Source: a bacterium (GTDB lineage Archaea > Thermoplasmatota > E2 > JACPAO01 > JAHFTW01). From it: a stretch of DNA of 64,000 bases. Position numbers and translations under genes: made by a program. This document shows, piece by piece, positions 56,626-64,000 of the stretch. Where the stretch lies: positions 32,001-96,000 of the forward strand of contig JAZJZE010000004.1 of NCBI GenBank assembly GCA_040390065.1, in the 5' to 3' direction. Each line of letters opens with the position of its first letter. Within the stretch, counting starts at the first letter, position 1. The notes under the pieces were generated by a model. It was given only the letters and a program-made list of their open reading frames with translations, made no database searches and had not been told where the DNA came from.

Positions 56626-57537
56626 ATGTCCGAGGCGAGCGACCGGCCGGCCGCCCGCCTGCGGCTGCGATGGAGAGGCTCCGACCGTCTCTTTGGGGTC
56701 ACCACCGCGACGTTCGCCCTCGCCGTCGCCGCGGTCTTCGCGGTCATGGTCGTCATGCTCGCGCAGCGGTCTTCGGCGGCTTGGCACGCCTTCGGCCCGT
56801 CGTTCTTGTGGCAGACCGGCACGTACACGTCCGAGAGCGACATCTTCCACGGCGCCCGGCCGTACCTCTACGGCACGCTGGTCACGAGCCTTCTGGCCCT
56901 GGTCTTTGCCGTCCCCGTCGCCGTCGGCACGGCCGTCGCGCTGGTGGAACTCATGCCGCGCTGGTTGGCGCAGCCTGTCGGCCTGTTCATCGAGCTGCTT
57001 GCCGCGGTGCCCTCCATCATCTTCGGCATCTGGGGCGTGGCCGTGATCGTCCCCTTCGTGCACAGCCTGAACCCGACGCTGACCGGGCAATCGCTGCTGA
57101 GCGCCGCCCTCGTGCTGGCCATCATGGTGCTCCCCATCATGACAGCCGTGACGCGCGACATGCTCAAGGCGGTGCCACGCGCACAGAGGGAAGCGGCCCT
57201 CGCGCTCGGCGCGACGCCGTGGGAAGTGACCTGGCGTATCGTGCTGCCCAACGCGCGCTCCGGCATCACGGCGGCCGCAATCCTCGGGCTTGGCCGGGCC
57301 ACCGGGGAAACCATGGCGGTCATCATGGTCATCGGCTTCAAACCGGAGATCTACACCGACCTGTTCCAAGGCGGTGCCACGATGGCCAGTGTCATCGCAA
57401 GCGACTTCGGCGAAGCCCACGCCCTGCAGAAGTCGGCTCTCATCGAGATTGGCGTCCTGATGCTGGTCGTGAGTCTGGTCCTGAGCGTGTCGGCCCGCCT
57501 CGTGGTACGCCGCCTCGGCCGGAGGATGTCGGCATGA
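56626..57537 (+). CDS. pstC: Phosphate ABC transporter permease PstC
   Basis: ELLAAVPSIIFGIWG, EAALALGAT.WE, RATGETMAV. Confidence 0.95.
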   Translation: MSEASDRPAARLRLRWRGSDRLFGVTTATFALAVAAVFAVMVVMLAQRSSAAWHAFGPSFLWQTGTYTSESDIFHGARPYLYGTLVTSLLALVFAVPVAVGTAVALVELMPRWLAQPVGLFIELLAAVPSIIFGIWGVAVIVPFVHSLNPTLTGQSLLSAALVLAIMVLPIMTAVTRDMLKAVPRAQREAALALGATPWEVTWRIVLPNARSGITAAAILGLGRATGETMAVIMVIGFKPEIYTDLFQGGATMASVIASDFGEAHALQKSALIEIGVLMLVVSLVLSVSARLVVRRLGRRMSA

Positions 57538-58418
57538 ACCGCCTCGCCCGCCGCAAACTGACAAGCCGCGTCGCTGCCGGCGTCTGCATCCTCTTCGCGT
57601 TCGCGGCACTCTATCCACTCTACTCCGTCCTCTCCATCGTGGTCTCCAACGGTTGGCGCCACGTCAACTGGGAGTTCCTGACGACGGTGCGCAGCGGGCA
57701 CATCGTGAAGAGCCCGGGTTCGATCGCCTTCGTCACGACGGGCGGCATCCAGCACGCCATCGTCGGCACGGGACTCGTCGTCGGCATCGGCACGCTCCTC
57801 GGAGCGCCGCTTGGCATCCTGGCGGGCATCCACCTCGCCGAGGCGCGGCCGTCGCGGTTGACGGCGACTGTCCGCGTGGCTGCCGACGCGATGGCGGGCA
57901 TCCCCAGCATCGTCGCGGGCCTGTTCGGCTTCGCCCTGATCGTGGCCACGGCCCCGAACATCTTCACGCACGACGGCTACAGTGCCTGGGCCGGCGGCGT
58001 CGCCTTGGCGGTCCTCATGGTGCCGACCGTGACGCGGACGACCGAAGAGGCTCTGCGCACGGTGCCGCAATCCCTGCGCGAGGCGTCGCTTGCCTTGGGG
58101 GCACCAGGCTGGTACACCATCATCCGGGTCGTGCTCCCGGCCGCTTGGGGTGCCGTCACGACTGGCCTCCTCCTTGGAGTGGCGCGCATCGCCGGCGAAA
58201 CCGCGCCCCTCCTCCTCACGGCCGGCACGAGCGGCAGTTTCCTGCAGACGGACCCGTCCAAGCCGGTGACCACCCTGCCCTTCGTCATCTACGACTACTA
58301 CAAGCAGCGCGGCGACTTGGAAGGCCCTGCGTGGGGCGCCGCGTTGGTGCTCATCTCCATGATCCTGGTGCTGAACCTGACGGTGCGGCTCTTGTCGCGC
58401 CGGCGCCTGCCCGTCTAG
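57534..58418 (+). CDS. pstA: Phosphate ABC transporter permease PstA
   Basis: GIPSIVAGLF, REASLALGA, ARIAGETAPL. Confidence 0.95.
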   Translation: MNRLARRKLTSRVAAGVCILFAFAALYPLYSVLSIVVSNGWRHVNWEFLTTVRSGHIVKSPGSIAFVTTGGIQHAIVGTGLVVGIGTLLGAPLGILAGIHLAEARPSRLTATVRVAADAMAGIPSIVAGLFGFALIVATAPNIFTHDGYSAWAGGVALAVLMVPTVTRTTEEALRTVPQSLREASLALGAPGWYTIIRVVLPAAWGAVTTGLLLGVARIAGETAPLLLTAGTSGSFLQTDPSKPVTTLPFVIYDYYKQRGDLEGPAWGAALVLISMILVLNLTVRLLSRRRLPV

Positions 58419-59626
58419 ACTTCATCCGCAGGGGCAGGGCCAGCCAATCCCGGACTCGTCGGGCGCAGGCTCCACGCCACCATCGCCGCCGCGACGAGCG
58501 CCACGGCCCCCAGGACCACGAAGGTGTCCAAGAAATCGGACCGCGATTTGAAGAAGCCCGCGGCCACGGCGCCCGCCCAGCCGCCAAGGTACGCCACGAC
58601 CAACTGGATGCCGTGGCCGAGTCCACCGCTGCGCCCGGCGAGGCGACTCACCTGGCTCGGAAGGACCGCCGACAGGACGGCGTGCGCCGCGAAGAAGACG
58701 CAGCCGGCGACGGCCACGACCCAGAACGAGGACTCCAGCCGGAACAGGGGCGCTGCGACCGCCAACGCGACGAGGGCCACGAGGATGGGTTGCCACGCGG
58801 CTCCACTGCGGTCGACGGCCCGGCTGGCAAGCCCCATCACCGCGAATGCCACGAGCAGGACGATGGCCAGCGTTCCGTCGCCGATGTGGACGAGGACGTC
58901 CTGCTGGAAGTCGAACATCGTGGCGCGCATGGCGTAGTTGATGGTGAAGCCGGCGAGGGCCAAGCCGAGGACGGGCAGGCCCAGGCTGCGGCGCGGCTCG
59001 GCGAGGCCGGGAATCGGCGGGGGCAGTGGGCGCAGCAGGATGGGCAGGCTGGCGAGGGCGCCGAGGGCGGCGGTGATCCAGAAGAGCGATGCAAACGGCA
59101 TGAGCCCCGGGTGCGCCGTGCTGCCGACGAGAAGGGGGCCAATCACGAACCCGAGGAACACGCCAATCCCTGCCGGGACGCCGACCATCGCCATCGCCAT
59201 GGTGCGACGCTCGGCGGGAACGGTCTCGCCCACGGCAGCCATCGCCGAACTCGACACTCCGCCGAGGCCTTGCAGAAGCTGCGCGGCAATCAGCGGCCAA
59301 ATGCTGTGGGCCATGGCGCTTGCCGCGGCGCCCGCGACGAAGACGAATGTTCCCGCGAGCAGGACGGGCCGGCGGCCGACGCGATCCGACAGGACCCCGG
59401 TGATGAGTTGTGCAAGGGCCATCGTCACGGCGTAGGCGCCAAAGGCGATGCCGGCCAACACGTCCGCCGACGCCGCCGACGTGCCCGCCGGGACGAGCGT
59501 CTTTGCGTACTCGGTGAAGCCGAGGGTCGTCAAACTGAACGCGAAGACGCGCGTGAACACGATCGCGCTAGCCGTCGCCACGAGCCCAAGCTCCGCCTTG
59601 GTAAAACGGCTTCGCGGCGCAGCCAC
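58415..59626 (-). CDS. MFS transporter (YajR-like)
   Basis: GVLSDRVGRRPV motif A; LQGLGG; about 12 TM. Confidence 0.88.
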   Translation of the reverse strand: MAAPRSRFTKAELGLVATASAIVFTRVFAFSLTTLGFTEYAKTLVPAGTSAASADVLAGIAFGAYAVTMALAQLITGVLSDRVGRRPVLLAGTFVFVAGAAASAMAHSIWPLIAAQLLQGLGGVSSSAMAAVGETVPAERRTMAMAMVGVPAGIGVFLGFVIGPLLVGSTAHPGLMPFASLFWITAALGALASLPILLRPLPPPIPGLAEPRRSLGLPVLGLALAGFTINYAMRATMFDFQQDVLVHIGDGTLAIVLLVAFAVMGLASRAVDRSGAAWQPILVALVALAVAAPLFRLESSFWVVAVAGCVFFAAHAVLSAVLPSQVSRLAGRSGGLGHGIQLVVAYLGGWAGAVAAGFFKSRSDFLDTFVVLGAVALVAAAMVAWSLRPTSPGLAGPAPADEV

Positions 59627-59698
59627 GACGCCCCCTGCCTCCTCCCGGCCAAAAGGGTTGCGTCATCCACTCAAATACGGCGGGCCTGATGGACCGGC

Positions 59699-60478
59699 AT
59701 GGGTCAGATGCGGTTGCGTCCGGGCGATTGGCTGATGGTTCTCCTGCCAGTGCCGTTCTACGTCCTCCTTTCGAGTTGGATCGGCCTCACGGGCAAGCCG
59801 TCGTTTCCCTGGGAGAAGGGAGCCGCATCGTTCTTCGGGTCCGTGTGGCAAGCCAACATCGGCGCCGACGTCCTCTTTGCCCTAGGCAGCGCCGGCGTGT
59901 GCTTCGGTTCGCTCTTCGCCGTCGCCTACGCTTGCCGCCGCATGCCGCCCGGGTGGCCCGGCTTCGTAGCGGCCGGCGCCGCGGGCCTCTCCATCCTTCT
60001 GAACTGGCTCGTCTACGGCCTGAGTTTCATGGCGATGTTTCCCGACTGGTGGCAGAAGAACATCAGCTTCGGCGACGGGGGCAACGGCATGAACTTCCCC
60101 GATTCCATGCGCTTCGTCTGGGACTGGGCATGGCCGACCCTCGTGTTCTTCTCCCTCGTCATCCCGCTCGTGTTCTGGGGCATCCTGGAACTGGTCAACG
60201 CGTCGAGACGCAAGGCGGGGACACCCCCAGGATGGACGCCGGCACCCCCGGGGCCCCCTTACGCCTCGCGCCCCACGCCGACATGGCCACCCGCCCCCGC
60301 ACAACCCGCGCAACGCCCCGCGGCACCCTGGCCCCAACCGACACGCGCCCCCGCCCCCCCGCGTGCGCCCATGAAGCCAACCCAACCCGGGCGTATGCCT
60401 CCACCGCAAGCTCCGCGGCCACCGCTGCGCCCACCGGGGAGCCCGCCCAGGGCGGGGCCGCCGCAACGAAAGGCGTAG
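59699..60478 (+). CDS. Hypothetical four-TM membrane protein with Pro-rich cytoplasmic tail
   Basis: Four hydrophobic segments followed by about 90 aa rich in P/A/R. Confidence 0.7.
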   Translation: MGQMRLRPGDWLMVLLPVPFYVLLSSWIGLTGKPSFPWEKGAASFFGSVWQANIGADVLFALGSAGVCFGSLFAVAYACRRMPPGWPGFVAAGAAGLSILLNWLVYGLSFMAMFPDWWQKNISFGDGGNGMNFPDSMRFVWDWAWPTLVFFSLVIPLVFWGILELVNASRRKAGTPPGWTPAPPGPPYASRPTPTWPPAPAQPAQRPAAPWPQPTRAPAPPRAPMKPTQPGRMPPPQAPRPPLRPPGSPPRAGPPQRKA

Positions 60479-60513
60479 GGGCCACCGGTTGCTTCCCGTA
60501 AATCAGGGGGTGT

Positions 60514-60548
60514 GCCGTAATGCTGGTTCAGCAGGCCGTAATGCTGGT
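60514..60548 (+). repeat. 14-bp direct repeat GCCGTAATGCTGGT with 21-bp period
   Basis: Copies at 60514-60527 and 60535-60548, between convergent genes. Confidence 0.75.
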
Positions 60549-60625
60549 GGGAAGGCAGCTGCGGGCACGCATGGCATGCGTCCACGTAAGATGCTCAAAG
60601 TTGGGCGCCGGAAGGGGTCTGGCAC

Positions 60626-61492
60626 TCAACGGCAGCGGGTGGCTGGCGTCCAATAGAAATGCTCGAACGAAGGCGAAGGCAAACCGCATGCCGCGAAGGT
60701 CGTCCCAATTAGGGTTCGGGCTTCGTCTTCCGTCCCCGGAGAACTTTCCGGGCTTCGAAAGATTACGGTGACGTGGTCGTTTGCATCGACATGTACGCCA
60801 GGGTAGGGCGTGTCTCCTGGCGGGCATACGCCTAGAGAACGGTAGTCAAATTCGAACGTCCAGTCGCCAACGGATTGATGGGTCTTGTTCGGTTGACTTG
60901 CCCCGAGTTCCTCGTAGAGTGCGGAAAGCCGCAGTGGTAGTGCCCCCTGCCAGTTGATTGCAGGGTAACCATAGGTCGGGGTGTACGGCTGGCGGCTCCA
61001 TTCGACGGCAAGCTGCGTCCGATTGATGGAAGACAGGGAAGTTGTCCTTTCCAGGAAATCTTCCATTCCCGCCGTCGAATTTGGTGGTCCGCCGTATTCC
61101 AACGTGATGTTAACTGGGTCTGCGCGCCAGTATCTGCTTGTGGGCGCCCTGCCGCCCGGCTCAATCCCAGCCGATGGCATGTTCGAAGGCATCCAGGAAA
61201 CGGCCAACAACTTGACGTCGCCATGGAAGGCCCGGCTGACGCTCTGGTTGTAAAAAGGAAGACCTTGAATGTCACCCCAGTAGCCCGTCACCGTACCGCT
61301 AAACCCGCTGCCAGGCGTGGCACGCTGCTGCGCAGCCACATAGACAGAGGGCTGATCCCAGGATGCGGCGCCTGGTTCATCCCTGCATCCGAACCCGCCG
61401 AGACAACCGGCCACTAGGAGCGCCAGAGGCACAATCGCGGCTTGGGCGACCAGACGACCTGCACCTGAAATCGAGGCGGAGCCTTCGTGCAT
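60626..61492 (-). CDS. Hypothetical lipoprotein
   Basis: LALLVAGC lipobox; atypical AT-richer codon usage; starts 12 bp after the stop of the large gene. Confidence 0.62.
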   Translation of the reverse strand: MHEGSASISGAGRLVAQAAIVPLALLVAGCLGGFGCRDEPGAASWDQPSVYVAAQQRATPGSGFSGTVTGYWGDIQGLPFYNQSVSRAFHGDVKLLAVSWMPSNMPSAGIEPGGRAPTSRYWRADPVNITLEYGGPPNSTAGMEDFLERTTSLSSINRTQLAVEWSRQPYTPTYGYPAINWQGALPLRLSALYEELGASQPNKTHQSVGDWTFEFDYRSLGVCPPGDTPYPGVHVDANDHVTVIFRSPESSPGTEDEARTLIGTTFAACGLPSPSFEHFYWTPATRCR

Positions 61493-61503
61493 GGCCACTT
61501 CCC

Positions 61504-64000
61504 CTAGCACGTCATCACGGTCGCTCCGGGGTCCTTCACCTTGGCAAGTAGAATTCCTTGGCCGGACGCGCTGGAGATGGCACTGCCTGCCAGGCCAGGG
61601 CGCGCCGCCGCATTGGGGGGGCCAAGAGTCCATGCGTTGGAGGCTATGTCGTACCGTTGGACGGCGTTCGTGGCCACGTTGTGGTTGAAGCCACCCACCA
61701 CACATATGCCTGATGCTCCACTAATCGCGACGGCGTCTTGGACGGCCAGTGGCATGTCCGGAATCGTTCCCGGCGTCGCCCAGGCGCCGACGCAGGCATC
61801 GAAGATGTCAACGGAGGCCAACTCGGATGCCGGAGCGCCCCAACTGTTGCCGCCAGCGACAATCATGGGGGCACAGAATCCAGGAATGGGAGCCGAACTC
61901 AAGGTCACGGATTGCACGTCGGCGCGAGGCGTCGGCATGGGCATCACCCCAAGCGACCACGTCAAGGTCGAAAGGTCCAGCACCTGTACGTTGCCTTGCG
62001 CTCCGCACCCATACATGACGGCACAAGTGCGTCCGCCGAAGACGAAGATTTGGTTGCCCCAAGCCGCCGCTCCCGCCCCCGCTACAGCAACGGGCATCGG
62101 GTTCGGCAGCGTCGTCCAGGCACCCGTCGTGGAATCGTAGGCGTCGACGGTACCGCAAACCTTGGTGGGGCCGCACGCGTCGCTCTTGCCACCAATGACG
62201 TAGTAGACCGTTCCGACGGATACGCCGACGGCTTGGCTGCGCCGCGTCGGCGCCGGAGGCAGGCCATACCAAACCTTGGTCACGTCATTGTAACACGCGG
62301 CAGCATCGGAATCACTTGTCGGATCGTTGTCATGCAAGAGCCCGTTGCTTACGACCACTGTTCCAGAGCCCACGCTCCCGGACGGCGGCGCGCACCAGCC
62401 CGCATACGCGGCGGCCGGCGCCGAAAGCAATGGCGCCGCCACGCAGGCGGGCGGCGTGCCAACCATTCCGGCCGGGCACGTTGCGCCGGTGCATGACGCG
62501 AGGGCATCTACGAGGGCCGAGCCATCAACGGGCAAACTCAATCCCTTGATGTTCGTCGTGATGCAGCGAACCACGGGTGGCGGGGCCCCTTCCAAGCAGT
62601 TGAGCAGGCGCTTGAGTTGCGGCGCCATATTTGGCACGTCATCGCCGGGCGGCAACTGCGGTGGGATGCCGATGGGTACGCACGGCACGGTCGGGAATGA
62701 GTCGAAGGGCAGGCTGTTGGCCAGGCACGCCACGGTGTGGTTCAGGTCCAGTTGCACGGCCTCGGCAATCACGTTGTCGGGGCTGGACAGGAGGATGCTG
62801 GCGCATGTTCTGCGCCACTCGCCAAACGTGATGTATACGCCGACGGTGCGGCTGTCTTGCCGCGTCACGCCGCCATATGTGGCCGTAATCGTGACCGGGT
62901 AGACGCCCGGCAGCGCGTACCGGAAGGAGCCGGCATACACGCCGTCTCCTGCACTTGCATCGGGTGCGACGCCGTCGTCATGCAGGTCGACCGTGACGGT
63001 CGCGTTCGTGATGGAATCAAGTGTCGTCGCAGTCACGACTGCGCCTGTCTGGGGGACACCATTGAGCCAGACGACGCCGCGGAGCGTCGCGTCGCTTGCG
63101 ACCTGTACCATGGTGTCAGTGCGGTCGCCGACGGCAAGACTGCCGTGCATGACCAAGTCGCCTTGCGGTGGGTCCGCCGCGACGCCGGCATACGTGATGG
63201 CAATCGTCCAGTCTCCGTCCGCTGGGTGGTCAACAAAGAGCGACCCAAACGGGAACGGGGCAACGTCGAAGGCCCCCGACCATCCAATGTCCGTGCCAAG
63301 GCCTTGGACGTCCGAGAAGGAGTTGACGGTTCCGTCCGGCCGCGTCACGGCAACCATCGCGCCTTGCAAGGATGCTTCCGAGTGGACGTTGAGGGTCATC
63401 TCGTCGAGGCCAGAGGCGGACACATGGAAGGTGGCAATCGAGTTGCCGCCGGCAGTGGTCATGGCGGCAACGAGGCGGGCCCGCGTTTCGTCTTTGTGCG
63501 GATCATCTGTGTACGCAGCGGCGGGCGCGCTGGCGGACAGAAGCGAGAAGCCGGCCCCGGAGTCGTTGCAGATTCCCGAGTTGCGGTAGCCTTCGAGGTA
63601 GCTCGTCGTGAGGTCGCGGAAGAACGTCTTGTCCATCATGCGCGATGTGCTTCCCGGGGCGTTGTAGTCGTGCCCGTATCCGGGGTCGTGGCGGATGTAG
63701 CTGCAACTCTTGGAGTCGCGGTTGTGGGTTGCGCTGTCCGTGCCGACCGCGCCGTCGCCGCAACTCCCGTCATGCCAAAACGCTCCCGCTTGGCATACGT
63801 CGCCGGCCAGGTGGAAGTAGCCGATACGCGGGTGGTTGTGATACGTGTTTTCAAGGGCGTCGGGCGTCGGGTACCACGAGGCCCCAATTACGGGGTTGGC
63901 GTCGGTCGCATCCATGAGTTCCGGGTCAATTTGGACGTTGACTTTTGATCCATCGCCCCACGCGCTGTTGCGGGTGGTGGTGCCGTCTCCCCACCACCCG
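61504..64000 (-). CDS. Large secreted multidomain protein (5' end off the window): possible alpha/beta-hydrolase region, choice-of-anchor-X-like domain, Cys/Pro repeats, Kelch propeller
   Basis: Frame stays open from 63915 to the window edge; GDGAV..SA; LHDDGVAPDASAGDGVYAG; Kelch repeats YVIGG, IFVFGG, VVGG...RYD. Confidence 0.8.
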   Translation of the reverse strand, partial: GWWGDGTTTRNSAWGDGSKVNVQIDPELMDATDANPVIGASWYPTPDALENTYHNHPRIGYFHLAGDVCQAGAFWHDGSCGDGAVGTDSATHNRDSKSCSYIRHDPGYGHDYNAPGSTSRMMDKTFFRDLTTSYLEGYRNSGICNDSGAGFSLLSASAPAAAYTDDPHKDETRARLVAAMTTAGGNSIATFHVSASGLDEMTLNVHSEASLQGAMVAVTRPDGTVNSFSDVQGLGTDIGWSGAFDVAPFPFGSLFVDHPADGDWTIAITYAGVAADPPQGDLVMHGSLAVGDRTDTMVQVASDATLRGVVWLNGVPQTGAVVTATTLDSITNATVTVDLHDDGVAPDASAGDGVYAGSFRYALPGVYPVTITATYGGVTRQDSRTVGVYITFGEWRRTCASILLSSPDNVIAEAVQLDLNHTVACLANSLPFDSFPTVPCVPIGIPPQLPPGDDVPNMAPQLKRLLNCLEGAPPPVVRCITTNIKGLSLPVDGSALVDALASCTGATCPAGMVGTPPACVAAPLLSAPAAAYAGWCAPPSGSVGSGTVVVSNGLLHDNDPTSDSDAAACYNDVTKVWYGLPPAPTRRSQAVGVSVGTVYYVIGGKSDACGPTKVCGTVDAYDSTTGAWTTLPNPMPVAVAGAGAAAWGNQIFVFGGRTCAVMYGCGAQGNVQVLDLSTLTWSLGVMPMPTPRADVQSVTLSSAPIPGFCAPMIVAGGNSWGAPASELASVDIFDACVGAWATPGTIPDMPLAVQDAVAISGASGICVVGGFNHNVATNAVQRYDIASNAWTLGPPNAAARPGLAGSAISSASGQGILLAKVKDPGATVMTC

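Noticed and set aside
60514-60548. CRISPR-like repeat
   Set aside because: Only two 14-bp copies with a 7-bp spacer, and no cas genes.
1-64000. Many long antisense or alternate-frame ORFs (e.g. 465..1586, 6296..8371, 20707..22719, 31784..34003, 57653..59689); tRNA and rRNA genes
   Set aside because: These ORFs are shadows of real genes, expected at high GC. No T-arm/cloverleaf or rRNA signatures were seen by eye.

Overview
This GC-rich, very compact chromosomal window comes from an archaeon, most consistent with an aerobic Thermoplasmatota lineage. The evidence is archaeal markers (deoxyhypusine synthase, RadB, FEN1-like nuclease, aIF5B, TiaS, Dph6, AbrB-PhoU regulator) together with heme O/A synthases; the taxonomy is inferred, not searched. 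Content is mostly housekeeping and transport: SulP, TSUP, thiamine ABC, MscS, class II ribonucleotide reductase, NDK, Dus, NadE with a nitrilase, ctaAB, a split pst/phoU locus and an MFS transporter. There are also many uncharacterised lipoproteins and C-terminally anchored surface proteins. I recognised no rRNA, tRNA, CRISPR array or transposase. The most interesting non-coding signals are: (1) ORB-like motifs (Orc1/Cdc6-binding box with G-string) in three AT-enriched intergenic regions near radB, upstream of nrdJ and downstream of the FEN1-like gene, with no cdc6 in view; (2) two structured MITE-like elements inserted at CTAG stop-codon sites; (3) a candidate Pho box upstream of three phosphate-locus units, one of which is an unknown repeat-containing surface protein; (4) a QsrR/YodB-like operator between an HxlR regulator and a CDGSH Fe-S/wHTH pair. 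The window ends in an apparently lower-GC block encoding a large secreted hydrolase/Kelch protein and a lipoprotein. All product calls are by eye from motifs; no database searches were run.
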